Shown here: positions 28,266 through 44,340 of the stretch, in pieces
Numbering within the stretch: position 1 is the first letter of the stretch
Layout of the letters: each line of letters begins with the position of its first letter
From: Octopus vulgaris
Taxonomy: Eukaryota
Assembly (NCBI GenBank): GCA_951406725.2
Contig: OX597819.1
Coordinates: 120,466,001 to 120,530,000 of the forward strand
Reading direction: 5' to 3'
Length of the DNA: 64,000 nucleotides
The notes under the pieces: model-generated
Seen by the model: only the letters and a program-made list of their open reading frames with translations
What the model was told of the DNA's origin: nothing
The model's database searches: none
Program-made: the position numbers and the translations under genes

Positions 28266-28900
28266 GATTCTTCAGATAAATAGATGCACACCCCCAAGTG
28301 TGTGCATCGACAGTTCGAACAACACACCATCGCAATCACATATTAAAAAACATCGGAAACTCTCTAAGCTCAAAAATCGTCGCTTTAGAAGCGACCAGCT
28401 GAAAATCTGTTTAGGATTTGAATAAAACTGAAAGCGAAATAACACACGTAGAGAGCAAATTATGATAACATGACAAGCCCATCATTCTGATGGCAATTAA
28501 CTATAGCAAAACACTGCACTTGCTCAACATGCAAAGTGTAGAGCAACTCAAGCGGGATTCGAGCCTGTATTTAAAACGATCGCTAGAAGTCTAGATTCTT
28601 TCCCCGTCTTTTTCTCGTTACCTCTACGTGTAACCGTTTAACACAAAATGTATTTCTTTGACGTCTGTCAGCCCATTTATAGATTAAACTAAGCCTCATT
28701 ATCTTGATAACTTAATTTCTAAATATTTTTATGAATAAAAAAAAAAAAGAAACCGAGCTTTCAAGTTTTAAAACTGAGCAAACGAAAGGTTGAAGTGAAA
28801 TAAATATATTCTATGAACTGCGATCGAACTTGTCTTCTTTACTGCTGTAGAATTACATTCCTTATATCACTAATTCAATTAGCTTTAATGTATATACAAG

Positions 28901-28945
<45 letters not shown>

Positions 28946-29187
28946 CTGTATGCATTTACGTTATACATATTTATATACGGATGTGGGAACAAAAACCTTC
29001 CTATAATCATATATATACATACATATATACATATATATATATTTATGTATATATATATATAAATATATATCTACATATATAACAACCTATCTACAAATCA
29101 AGATATGTATATATATATATATAAATTCGTATACGCTTACTTATATATGCGTATATAAACATACATATACATGTGATGTATATATAA

Positions 29188-29227
<40 letters not shown>

Positions 29228-29228
29228 G

Positions 29229-29291
<63 letters not shown>

Positions 29292-29761
29292 ATATATATA
29301 TATGTATGCATGTATGTATATATTTACACTCAACGGTTCTTTATTTAGCGGCAATACCTGCTTCTCTGTGCGCGCTTATTATTTTTTTTTACCTTTCGGA
29401 ATTAATTCGTTTATGTAAAATCTAACTTTTACAGAGCTTTCTGGCATCATTTATTTATTTATTTATTTCGTTACTTTATCTATTTTATTCATATCTTAAT
29501 TAATTTATTTATTTATTCCTGCCATGTTTACCGTTTTCTTTTTATTCTCATTTGCATTCAAGGTTTGATCTGTCTCTCTTTATCTCTCTCTCTCTTTCTT
29601 TTTCTGTTTTCTCACCTTCACTAATCCTGCACCTCATAGACAACACATCAACACATTGGCACACGCATACACACACACATACACACAAACATGTCTAGAT
29701 ACACATAAAAACAAAAGTACATACATACATATACATGCATGTATATATATATATATGTCCG

Positions 29762-29807
<46 letters not shown>

Positions 29808-29950
29808 TACGGACACACATACATATATATATACACATATATACATACATACATATACATATATATATTTATATATTTATCTATCAAGCTATCTGTATCT
29901 ATTGATCTACTTATCTCTCTCTCTCTCCCCTTAAACACACGCACATACAT

Positions 29951-30003
<53 letters not shown>

Positions 30004-30292
30004 TATACATATATATATACATATATATACTTATATATATATGTATTTTCTTACCTATATATATATATATATATATATACGTGCACACATTTACATATTC
30101 ACTTATGTGCAAAATCTTTCATACCCCATAAACCCCCGTTCATACCTTCTCCAATTTTCTGTTTTCCTTCAACTAATCATAGAATTTTTCTACCCCGACA
30201 CACCCTCATTGTACCCCTTTTCCCCACCCGACGTTATCTCATGGTAGGTTTTCTTGTTATCGTTTTTACCTAAGTGCACACAAACCCACATA

Positions 30293-30295
<3 letters not shown>

Positions 30296-30373
<78 letters not shown>
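30296..30373 (+). repeat. (CA)n microsatellite
   Basis: Seen directly. Confidence 0.97.
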
Positions 30374-30380
<7 letters not shown>

Positions 30381-30643
30381 GGTAGACAATTACGAACAGA
30401 ACCATATTCTTATATTATGATAAATTTCTTATCTACTCACTCGCTTTCTCACTCATTCATTACATCTCTCTCTCTCTCTCCCATTCTCACTCTTTCTGTC
30501 TCTCACGTTTCTCTCTCACCAGATCTGTGTGTGTGTGTACGCGCGTGTTCGTGTTTGACTGTCTGTGTCTCTCTCTATATGTGAATATATATATATATAA
30601 TATATATATATATTTACACGTATACATGTATATACGTATATAC

Positions 30644-30680
<37 letters not shown>

Positions 30681-31061
30681 CACATATGTATATATATAAA
30701 TATCAATATTTATATATATGTATGTATATACACGTACACACACATAGACACGCATACACGCACATGCACATAGGCACATACACATAGGCACATACACATA
30801 TATACACGTTTTTATGTGTTTGTGTTTCTGAGAGAGAGTGAGAGACAGACAGACAGACAGACAGACAAAGAGAGAGGCAGAGAGAAGGGAAGAGAGTGCA
30901 AATATGCATGTCTTATTTATATACATGCACACTATATATATACATACATACATATATATATCTATTTATATATATATATATGTATGTATTTAATGTATAT
31001 ATCTATACCTGTTTATATATATATATGTGCATATACATATATATGTGTCTATATATACATT

Positions 31062-31093
<32 letters not shown>

Positions 31094-31152
31094 TATATAC
31101 ATATATATATATAATACATATATACATATATACATACATATATACATACATT

Positions 31153-31184
<32 letters not shown>

Positions 31185-31399
31185 ACATATATACATACAT
31201 ATATACATACATACATACATATATATATATATATGCATACATACAGACATACATACATACATATATCACCAGGTAAGCATCTTGAATCGATACTTTTCCC
31301 TTATCAACATTTGTATCTCCAAGATACTGTATGGACTTTTACAATCTATCCAACATCTTTCCATCAAAACTTTCTTTTCTTCACGCTTTATCGCGACAG

Positions 31400-33910
<2,511 letters not shown>

Positions 33911-34228
33911 ATTTTTTCAGTTCACAAGAAAAGAGGCTCATAAAATCTTGTGAGAGTTAATACAGCGTTTAGATCTCTATCTTAGGTTGCAGCTTAAAAA
34001 TCACTTCGTAAATTGGCAGTCGTTTTATCTGTTGTGCCTACATACATACATGCATACAAAAACACACATACATACATACACACACACATAAACATATATA
34101 CACATATACACATACGTACTTACATAAATACATAGTCACACACACAAATGTATATATGTATACACGTATGTTTGTATATATATCTATGTATATATATATA
34201 CATATATATTTCTATGTTTGTATGTATG

Positions 34229-34297
<69 letters not shown>

Positions 34298-34410
34298 GTA
34301 TGTTTGAACGAAACTACTGATATCAACGTGTCTAAAAATGCATGTATGTAAATATATAAGTATATAAATGAAGTCATGAATAGTTGTATATATATGTATA
34401 TATGTGTATA

Positions 34411-34466
<56 letters not shown>

Positions 34467-35288
34467 CATATATACATATATATATACCTATATATATATA
34501 TATATAAATGCATTGACAGTTATCCACATATATGTGTGTGTGTGCATGCGTGTGTGTATATGTGCGTACGTATATATATGTATGTATCTATATGAATCTA
34601 TCCATATGTAAATGGTGTTTCTAGGTTGTTTATTCGTTAAACAATACTATCTTTCTCCACAAACCGGTTTATAATCTTGAATATTATCTAAGTGATTCAC
34701 CCATTAATATAGCGGCATGTAGCATATAGTCTACACCATACCTGATGACTTCAAATGTATAATGAAAGGTGTTCTGAATTGTCTCCCTTAATTTGCTGAA
34801 GTATTTCAATTGACAATCTTCATTATTAATAAATGTATTGCTTAGGTCCGATATCAAATACCTTTGCACCACCTACCCCAAAACTAAATTAATGAATGTT
34901 TTTATAAATAGCTTATGAAACCATTTCTGATTCCATTGATTGCATCTTGTGATTCTCAACCAATTTTTGTTTGTGGACGCCTTTGATTACTGTTTTACTC
35001 GTTTCGAACTCCATAGCCATTGGTTGTTTAAAAACATCTTGGCGTGAGTGTGGATGTTTTTTAAGACGAAACTAGATCTCCTTCTGTCAAGAGTTCCGGT
35101 TGAATCTACCTGAAGGCTAGAATCATGTGGGCAACAACGTCAAATTCTCTCATCTTCCAAACGTCACATATCAAAGGAGGCTTAGCAATAGTGTAGCAAA
35201 CTAAACAGCGGTGCCCCAGCATGGCCGCAGTCATCGGACTTAAACCTAAAGCAAAAAGAAAAAAAATGTATAAAAATGTTGTTAAAAT

Positions 35289-35721
35289 AGGCGTAGGAGT
35301 GGCTGTGTCGTATGTAGCTTGCTTACGAACCACATGGTTCCGTGTTCAGTCCCACTACGTGGCACCTTGGGCAAGTGTCTTCTACTTTAGCTTCGGGACG
35401 ACCAAAGCTTTATGAGTGGATTTGGTAGACGGAAACTGAAAGAAGCCTGTCGTATATATATATATATATATATATATATGTAGGTATGTATGTATATATG
35501 TATGTATATGTTTGTGTGTCTGTGTTTGTCCCCCCAACATCGCTTGACAACCGATGCTGGTATGTTTACGTCCCCGTAACTTAGCGATTCGGCAAAAGAG
35601 AACTATAGAATATGTACTGGGCTTACAAAGAATAAGTCCTGAGGTCGATTTCAGTGGGACGGAACCCGGAAGCATGTGGTTGGTAAGCAAGCTACTTACC
35701 ACACAGCCACTCCTACGCCTA
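35289..35721 (+). mobile_element. SINE family B truncated and joined to an inverted family B head
   Basis: Forward copy 35289-35650; reverse head 35652-35721. Confidence 0.88.
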
Positions 35722-35789
35722 TACATACACGCATACATACATATATACATACAGGCAGGCAGACAGACAGACAGACATATAGACATAGA

Positions 35790-36112
35790 AACAAAAGCAC
35801 CCTGTTGTTGATGTTGAAATTCCAATGAAGGAGACTTGGATCTAGGTTAGAAACTGGTTCTTTCTCTATTGACAAGAAATCGTGAAATAAACTGAATAAT
35901 GACATACATACATGGACACATACATGCATAAATCTCCACGACTCTACCGCAACGTATCCTCAGATGGAGGGGTGAGACTACAAGAGCAGAAGACTATGCA
36001 TTGAAAAGTTAGTAGAAAGTTCCGAGACGATAGCCAGATTACAACTTCCCACTTTGAAGGGTATGCATTTGCAATCCAGGAACAAGAAATATCGACCAGG
36101 TACCTGCACACA
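35790..36112 (+). mobile_element. RLE LINE pieces: terminal 3' UTR module and TSHFEGYAFAIQEQEISTRYL fragment
   Basis: 35790-35905 matches the reverse of 49296-49405; 35975-36110 encodes KTMH...SHFEGYAFAIQEQEISTRYL, like the post-RT motif of R4/Dong elements. Confidence 0.78.
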
Positions 36113-36160
36113 GAGTCACAGTCATAGACAGACCCCCTCGCACATACACACATTCTAAGA

Positions 36161-36472
36161 GACTCCGCCGGTTACGACGACGAGGGTCCCAGCTGATACG
36201 ATCAACGGAACAGCTTGCTCGTGAAATTAACGTGCAAATGGCTGAGCATTCCACAGACACGTGTACCCTTAAAGTAGTTCTCGGGGATAATCAGCGTGAC
36301 ACAGAGAGTGACAAGGCTGACCCTTTGAAATACAAGTACAACTCATTTTTGCCAGCTGAGTGGACTGGAGCAACGTGAAATAAAGTGTCTTGCTCAAGGA
36401 CACAACGCGTCGCCGGGAATCGAACTCACAACCTTACGATCATGAGCCGAATGCCCTAAGCCACGCGCCTTC
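36161..36472 (-). mobile_element. SINE family C, full length, tail type 1
   Basis: Head, TGTGTCCTTGAGCAAGACACTTTATTTCACGTTGCTCCAGTCCACTCAGCTG core, tail. Confidence 0.92.
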
Positions 36473-37005
36473 ACCCATACACACATATGCACAAAGACAC
36501 ATGCATGTACATGTATATTTGTTTGGGGAGAGAAAGAAAGAGAGAGAAAAGAAGCATTAGGGGAGGGAGAGATACAGGGAATGTGAGAGGGAGGAAGTTT
36601 GAGGGGAAGGGAGTTTGACAGAGAGCCAAAAAGAGTGGGAGAGCAGGGAGAAAGAGAGAGAGAGAAGGAGGTAATCAGGAGAGATAGGTGTGAGAATATA
36701 AAAGATAGTTGCAAATTTTCATATATATATATATACATATACATATATAAATAATATATGTATCACATAGGATACACACACACACACACATATACACACA
36801 ATTATATATATTTATATATATAAATATATATACATATATATATTCATATGTATATATATTTATATATATAAATATATATACATATATATATGTATATGTA
36901 TATGTATACATATATGTATATGTATATGTATATGTATATGGATATGGATATATATATATATATAAGTTAAATATATGTATATATATATATGTGTGTGTGT
37001 GTGTT

Positions 37006-37088
<83 letters not shown>

Positions 37089-37094
<6 letters not shown>

Positions 37095-37226
37095 TATATA
37101 GAAGGAGCTTCTACAGGACTAGTACTGTTTCATTCAAGAGAAATCTTCAGGAAACATGTGCTTCCTGAAGATTTCTCTTGAATGAAACAGTACTAGTCCT
37201 GTAGAAGCTCCTTCTATATAATAAAT
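37089..37226. repeat. Perfect inverted repeat, 65-bp arms and 8-nt spacer
   Basis: 37089-37153 is the exact reverse complement of 37162-37226. Confidence 0.97.
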
Positions 37227-37292
37227 TAATTTTACTCTGCTATGTATTGAGTACCTTACTTACTGTGGTTAACCCCGAATCAACCCGGGACC

Positions 37293-37335
<43 letters not shown>

Positions 37336-37772
37336 ATAGTTAAATATGTTTATAACTAGACAGATATCTACCCAGCTGAAATTCAGATTCATATCACTAG
37401 CATAATTAAAATTGTTGACTTGATATAAGATTAATAGCAATCTTGAAGTATCTTGAAGCTGCAGTAAGAGTTGAATGCAGTATGAGTATTGCATGCATCC
37501 ATACTCTGTAACCCCAGCTACACTTAGCCAAAGGAAGACACCAATACTTCATTCTCTCCTGAGCATAGACAGATATCTTTAAAGTATTTGAAAAAGATCC
37601 CCTTGTGATGACAGATGTCATGCTGTTATCAGTGGTATGTTCCTTAAGTATCACGTAAGTTTGCAAGTAAGTAAATTTGGGTGTTTTGATGAAAAGAATT
37701 ACAGGTAAACTGCTTTATTACAGGAATGTACATACGAAGAATGTTGCATTATACGGAAAAAATATATATGCA

Positions 37773-37817
<45 letters not shown>

Positions 37818-37833
37818 TGTGTGTGCATGTATG

Positions 37834-37899
<66 letters not shown>

Positions 37900-37949
37900 A
37901 ATATATTTGTTTTGCAAGATTCTTGATGTGAAATCGTGTGTTGAAACAG

Positions 37950-38305
37950 ATGTTATTGTATTTAGGAATGGTCATTTTGCCAGTTTAGCCAATACACACT
38001 TCCCCACCCCACACACACACACTAACTAAACATAGATACACATAGAGGTATACACATGCGCAAGTGAAGACATACAATAGGAATACAAAATACAAAATGG
38101 CTAAACGTTAGTAAGGAGAGAAACACAAATAAGGAAAAAGAAGGCAAAGGACGACTGATGAGGTCACGGGAGTGTGACGAAAGAACTCTGGCCGAAATAA
38201 GATTAAGATTAATGTCAAAAATAAATAACGCTGGAGCAAATTAACACCAAATATATAGTGGGTGTGTTTTTATTGGCTAAACTGGCAAAATGACCATTTC
38301 TAAGT

Positions 38306-38315
<10 letters not shown>
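37950..38315. mobile_element. Element with 45-bp inverted ends enclosing a hammerhead-like core
   Basis: 37950-37994 vs 38271-38315 (41/45 match); CTGATGA at 38155. Confidence 0.65.
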
Positions 38316-38338
<23 letters not shown>

Positions 38339-38527
38339 CAACGAAAAGAGTCGAACAAATGGCGTTTAATCTTTAAATCTGCTGCAATACGTATTACTAT
38401 ATTCTAACGAATATATAATTTCAGTCATTAGATTGCAACGATGATGGGGCATATCTAATCACAGTTCTCAGTTGAACCAATCAATCCCAGGAATTGTTTC
38501 AATTTGAAAGTTAGTTTTCTTCCAGAG

Positions 38528-38600
38528 ACGGGCATATGGTGTAGCGGTTAAGAGCGCGGGCTACTAACCCCAAGATTCCGTGTTCGATTCCAAGCAGAGA

Positions 38601-38605
<5 letters not shown>
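38528..38605 (+). mobile_element. tRNA-like SINE head followed by (AAT)n
   Basis: A box TGGTGTAGCGG and B box GTTCGATTCC; same head as 9361-9424; no proper acceptor stem. Confidence 0.8.
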
Positions 38606-38690
<85 letters not shown>

Positions 38691-38707
38691 TGATGATGAT
38701 GATGATG

Positions 38708-38846
<139 letters not shown>

Positions 38847-38884
38847 TAAATAGTAATAATAATAACAACTCTGAGATGCTGCTG

Positions 38885-39212
38885 AGAACCCCTTCGGTCA
38901 TTCGGTCATGAGTGACCATGGGATTACACCTAGAAAGTTACCCTCCCAGGCACAAGTCCGGGCAGGGTTGTTTATGTAAGACCAGCAGTTGCCCATGCAT
39001 ATCGGCCTCCCCTCTCCACACCACTGATGTTATCCGAGCTAAAGGCAACGGCCGATACAGCTTGGTACCTGTGACGTCACAACTCATTTCTACAGCTGAG
39101 TGAACTGGAGCAGCGTGAAATAAAGCGTCTTGCTCAAGAACACAACACGCAGCCCGTTCAGGGATTCGAACTCACAACCTCACGATCGTAACCAATGAGC
39201 TATGCGCCTTCA
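38885..39212 (-). mobile_element. SINE family C, tail type 3 (RTE-like 3' end)
   Basis: Shared core; minus-strand tail ...ATCCCATGGTCACTCATGACCGAA. Confidence 0.75.
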
Positions 39213-39269
39213 CAATAATAAGGTATTTTTCGATATTATTATTATTATTATTATTATCATTATTATTAA

Positions 39270-39348
<79 letters not shown>

Positions 39349-39349
39349 T

Positions 39350-39814
39350 AAAAGATGGGCTACAGCAAATATTCTGCTCAATACCACAGATTTGCTTGTC
39401 AGTTGTTTGACTTTAACCAGTTGAGCATGTCCCTTAGTGGCTGACGATATGTGCATCTCTGATCACGAGCAGAAGTAGTGGGGGAGCATCATAGCCATGT
39501 GTTGAGAGGGATTCTTTTGGGTTTGAATAATTCACCTCTGGAAACATGGGTGGTTCTTTCAACATCCTTAAACAACCCTTATTCAGGGATCTTTTGAGCG
39601 GGATGGGCTACTCAACCTGAAGAAAATTCTAACTGGGCCCTACCTGCAAGGTCATGTGCTGTTTATCTTGATATGAGATCATCATGTCGCGCACATATGG
39701 TTGTGATGCATGTGCCTGGTGTACCTTTATCAGACGGGTAGTCATGATGGGTATATTGGGCTTCGTATATTTTACCCCAGTGTCACTTTGATGGCATGCA
39801 CTGCTCTCTCACTC

Positions 39815-39815
<1 letters not shown>
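39350..39815 (+). mobile_element. Unclassified 465-bp insertion bounded by (AAT)n on both sides
   Basis: Complex, higher-GC sequence embedded in an (AAT)n tract; no TIRs or ORF seen. Confidence 0.5.
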
Positions 39816-39876
<61 letters not shown>

Positions 39877-40210
39877 CCCCTAATTAAGAAATTAGGGTTC
39901 TCAAAACCCAAAAAGTGAAATCTGATTCGAAGTCTACAGACCTAAGCCATTACAGCAAACTATAAAAATGTAACTATATGCGTGAGAGTACGTACATAAA
40001 ACAAAACATACAAATCCGCACGGGGGCGGGGTTATGTGTGTGTGTATGTGTGTGTGTTTGTGTGTGTGGATGTCTGTGTGTATGTATGTGTGTGTGTGTG
40101 TGTGTGTGTCTGAACAGCATTCACTAAGTTTAAGATAGATACAACGCGTTTTCTTTTTGGGAGTAACGAAAGCAATCAAGTTTTTCTCGCTCCAATATAT
40201 ACTGTGACTA

Positions 40211-40440
40211 GGCGGCGAGATGGCAGAAACGTTAGCACGCCGGGCGAAATGGGTAGCCGTATTTCGTCTGCCGTTACGTTCTAAGTTCAAATTCCACCGA
40301 GGTCGACTTTGCATTTCATCCTTTCGGGGTCGATTAAATAAGTACCAGTTAAGCACTGGGATCTTTGTAATCGACTTAATCGCTTTGTCTGTCCTTGTTT
40401 GTCCCCTCTATGTTTAGCCTCCTGTGGGCAATAAAGAAAT
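40211..40440 (+). mobile_element. SINE family A, full length
   Basis: Matches 17042-17272. Confidence 0.92.
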
Positions 40441-40714
40441 ATATATATATTGTGATTTTAACGCAACAAACTAATGACACGCAACTCTGTTGAAGTCGTC
40501 GAACTTGTAAGAAGAAAACAAGGAATTTAACTCCAATCTCCATATTTACTTGAGCCAGTACATAATCAGCCAATCAGAGTTGTAGGCTGTGTAACTGAGA
40601 TTCTCAGAGTGTTGACATTCTAGAATGGGTGTGCCTTTCTGCTGGTTCGTTGATGTATGTGCAAAGTGAATTTGGTATGATAGATTACGCAAAAACAAAG
40701 TATATATATATATA

Positions 40715-40902
40715 TGGAGAATTCACAAAAAAAAACCCAAAAGACAGGTAGTGTAGACAACAAACAGATGTATTAGTATAACGCTCGGGAAGTGAAAACG
40801 TCTTTAACGTTTCGAGCCTACGCTCATCAACAGAAAGGAACACAGAAAGAAATAAGGAGAGAAAATAAAGAATGTGCAGTGGCTAGGGATCTATCATGGC
40901 GA
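40715..40902 (-). mobile_element. (TA)n-flanked element with hammerhead-like motif (CUGUUGA core) at 40802-40837
   Basis: cuuu CUGUUGA u gagc-guag-gcuc GAAA cguu aaag; homologous to 60609-60806 and 62511-62641. Confidence 0.7.
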
Positions 40903-41162
40903 ATATATATATATAAATATAATAACAAAGGGTAAAATTAATCAATTAATTATTGATAATAGAATTTTCTCCCTGAGAACAAACTGCAGATTTTTTTCTG
41001 TAGTAGTTTACCTGAAGACACACGCGGACGGGCGGGGGAAGCTAAGCGAACCTCATTCATATTTTGAATTTGGCGGTACTAACACTGAATATGATCTGTC
41101 TGATACCGTTAGGTGGAAAGATATATTCAACTATTTTAGTACCCTCGAATTATTGTGGAATG

Positions 41163-41244
41163 CCATGCCAATGAAGAAAATGGTTAGTAAAGTATAATTT
41201 TATATTCTTTATGCAAAACCTAATTCAGAAACGCGCGTCCATGG
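41163..41244 (+). ncRNA. Decayed hammerhead motif with long stem II
   Basis: ccaug [CCAAUGA] ... GAAA c gcgc guc caugg; stem I perfect, core mutated. Confidence 0.45.
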
Positions 41245-41424
41245 ATGACCAGATATTGATTGATTTTCTTGACTTTACTCTCTGCATGTGTGATTTATCT
41301 TCAAGTATTTTGGTTTTCTCTGGGAGATCCTTTTTAAAGTAGAAGAAATAGCTAAGATTTTTGGCTGCTATTTCTAAACTTCGGTGTGTGGTGAAGCAAA
41401 TATTTGCTGAACCCTTTTATTAGT

Positions 41425-41509
<85 letters not shown>

Positions 41510-41511
<2 letters not shown>

Positions 41512-41960
41512 TTGGGGATGGATTTTCCTTGTCATTTGGGTGCCATCCACTGCCGTTCTCTTTGGACGTAATTATAAAAAACCTAGTTTTCATCACTTGT
41601 TTTGATTTTATTCGGTATAGGTTCGGCAGTAAGTCATTGAGCAGAGGGAAACTCTTTGATTAATTTGAGACGCAGTCAGATGATTAGGGATCCATTGACC
41701 AATTTTAGACACTCCGTCTAGTTTATGAACGTGATTTATGATAAATGTGTAACTTGATTGAGAAGAAATTTTTTGATTTTTTATATGGTTTGATTTGGGC
41801 TTTTCGCGACACCGAATGGAACTCTCCAAACCATTTTGACATTTCTAATAACTTATCGCTTCATTTGCATAGATAGAAAGTATATTCGTAGCCGCTTTCT
41901 TTGCTGAAGAACCTCTTTTGGATCCATATGCCATGCAGTGCTTGATGTAGGTCGGGTCTA
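41510..41960 (-). pseudogene. Mariner transposase remnant (N-terminal HTH to first catalytic Asp)
   Basis: IKHCMAYGSKRGSSAKKAATNI...SKIGQWIPNHLT (WVPHEL-like)...TSDE. Confidence 0.88.
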
Positions 41961-42061
41961 AACTCCTTACAAAATGGTAAAATCGATACGCACTAAACCA
42001 CTGTGGGATAAACACATCTCCAAGGAAAGAAAAAATATTAGAATGAAAAAATTATCTTTTA

Positions 42062-42457
42062 CTAGCAGTATCGGCCGGCGTTGCTCGGGTTTATAAGGGA
42101 AATAACAATATAAGCATTTTTAGAGATGTAAAGTATAATAGCCATCTCAATATGGCTAACCACAAAGGTGAGTGTTACTGTAGCTTTTTACGTTCTGAGA
42201 TTTAATAATACATTTTTAGAGAGTTACTTCCCTTATAAAACCTGAGCGAAAATGCATTAAAAATGCGGAAAAATTATGGTATTTTTATTTTTAAATCGTA
42301 GACTCATCGTAGACGCGCGCTAGTACCCAGAAGGGCTCGATATGAATCACGACTATAAGATAGCCGCTTTTGATTAAACTGCACCGCAAAATGTGAGAGT
42401 AGTTAGGAATCTAAATCGTAGGAGACAGACACACAACCTCACTTTTATATATATAGA
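42062..42457 (-). mobile_element. Non-autonomous Helitron
   Basis: Minus strand a|TCTATATATATAAAAG ... CCCGAGCAACGCCGGCCG hairpin ... CTAG|t; internal inverted repeat 42083-42106 / 42223-42247. Confidence 0.88.
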
Positions 42458-42915
42458 TTTATCCTCAACTTGTTTCAGTCATTAGGTTGCGACCTTGAGG
42501 AACCTTAAATCGAACAGAAGAAGAAGAAGAAGAAGAAGAAGAAGAAGAAGAAGAAGAAGAAGAAGAAGAAGAAGAAGAAGAAGAAGAAGAAGAAGAAGAC
42601 TGCAAAATGATTAAAAGAAAGTAAAAGAATAAAAGAATAATGGTATATTCAAATCCTGAGCAAAATGTAGCCCTACTCACCTTCCCACTGTCTACCATTT
42701 CAACATGAAAGATTCGGACAAGATCTCCAAACTAAGGTTTCATTAATAAGTTTTTACTCTTTGTCTAATTATCAACCTGGCAGAATTTCTATTAGCTTTT
42801 GAGAGATGCTTTCCATTGTTATTCTTGCCTCCATTATCAGTTGCAGCCAGTTTTTCAAGCTGAAAGGATGTAAATTATGTTTGACTTTCTTTTCTTTTGC
42901 TTCTCTTTTTCTCTA

Positions 42916-42948
42916 CCTCCTGACGAAAGATTAAATCCGAAACGTTGG
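42916..42948 (+). ncRNA. Degenerate minimal hammerhead motif
   Basis: uc CUGACGA a agau-uaa-aucc GAAA cguu gg; closing pair of stem II broken. Confidence 0.4.
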
Positions 42949-43696
42949 ATATTCCACTACTCACGGCAGGCTCACTGTATCCCCTTTCACTTTTTTTCTA
43001 TATTTCTTCATTGCTATACTAAAACTATAAAAAGATCCATGTCCACAAAATTCACCGAAAACATTTCTGCCATGGAAAAATTTGCAGTAGAAATTAGATG
43101 ATTCACTTTAAAGAAATTACCTTTTTTTTAATTGGTAGGTTAGTTGATGAAGTTACTATTTTAAGAGGAAGCCATTTTTTTTATCTTCGGTTTTTGCAAT
43201 TTATCTTTATGGCGAATTTTCCTTCGGCAAAAATATTTACTACGAAACATTCTGTTGTAATACTTTCATTTTATTTTTTTCTGATGCAAGTGCAAGGAAG
43301 TTATGCGTAATTTTACTGTAGGAGTGGCGAGTGTTTATATTAAACAGAAAATGTGAGGAAACAGAATTAGTAATAAATTATGTACAAATAGGTTATGTGT
43401 GTATGTATGTGTGTATATAGACATACATGCGTAAGCGCAAACATAATAACATGAATATACATAATATATATGCATACAAGCATATATATATATATAATAT
43501 ATAATATATATGATACATGTACGTGTATGTATAAATATATATGTATATATGTATATGTAGATATATATAAATGTATGCATATATATATATGTAAATATAT
43601 ATGCATATATATATATATATATGTGTGTGTGTGTATGTATGTATAAATATATATACATAGACGAGAAGAAAATGGGGGATAAATAACAAACATGCA

Positions 43697-43727
<31 letters not shown>

Positions 43728-43749
43728 ATCTAACTATCTATTAATCTAC

Positions 43750-43798
<49 letters not shown>

Positions 43799-43869
43799 AA
43801 TCTTCTATCTATCTATCTATCTAGCTATATATGTATGTATGTATCTATCTATCTATCTATCCATCTCTC

Positions 43870-43903
<34 letters not shown>

Positions 43904-43937
43904 TGTTTCTATCTATCTATCTATCTATCCATCTCTC

Positions 43938-43971
<34 letters not shown>

Positions 43972-44003
43972 TGTATGTATGTATCTATCTATCTATCTAT
44001 CTA

Positions 44004-44034
<31 letters not shown>

Positions 44035-44309
44035 GAATCTATCTATATTTCTGTCTGTCTGTCTGTATATATATGTATGCGTATACACAGAAAACACGCG
44101 CGCACGCACACACACACAGATGTAAAATATGCACACATATATATATGGGTCTCTGTGTGTGTGAGTGTGTGTGTGTGTGTGTGTGTATGTATATGATATG
44201 AGTGTATATCAGAAATTATAAATACCATAGACAAAAAGTGATGTTTGTAATGCGTGCCTACGTTTGTATGCGAGTGTGTGTGTGTGTGTGTGTGTTTTGT
44301 GCGCGCGCG

Positions 44310-44340
<31 letters not shown>

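Noticed and set aside
28245-28285. Minus-strand CUGAAGA-auc/gau-GAAA
   Set aside because: No stem I, and it lies antisense in the LINE ORF end; likely chance.
38528-38605. Functional tRNA gene
   Set aside because: A and B boxes are present but acceptor and anticodon stems are broken, and it runs into (AAT)n; this is a SINE head.
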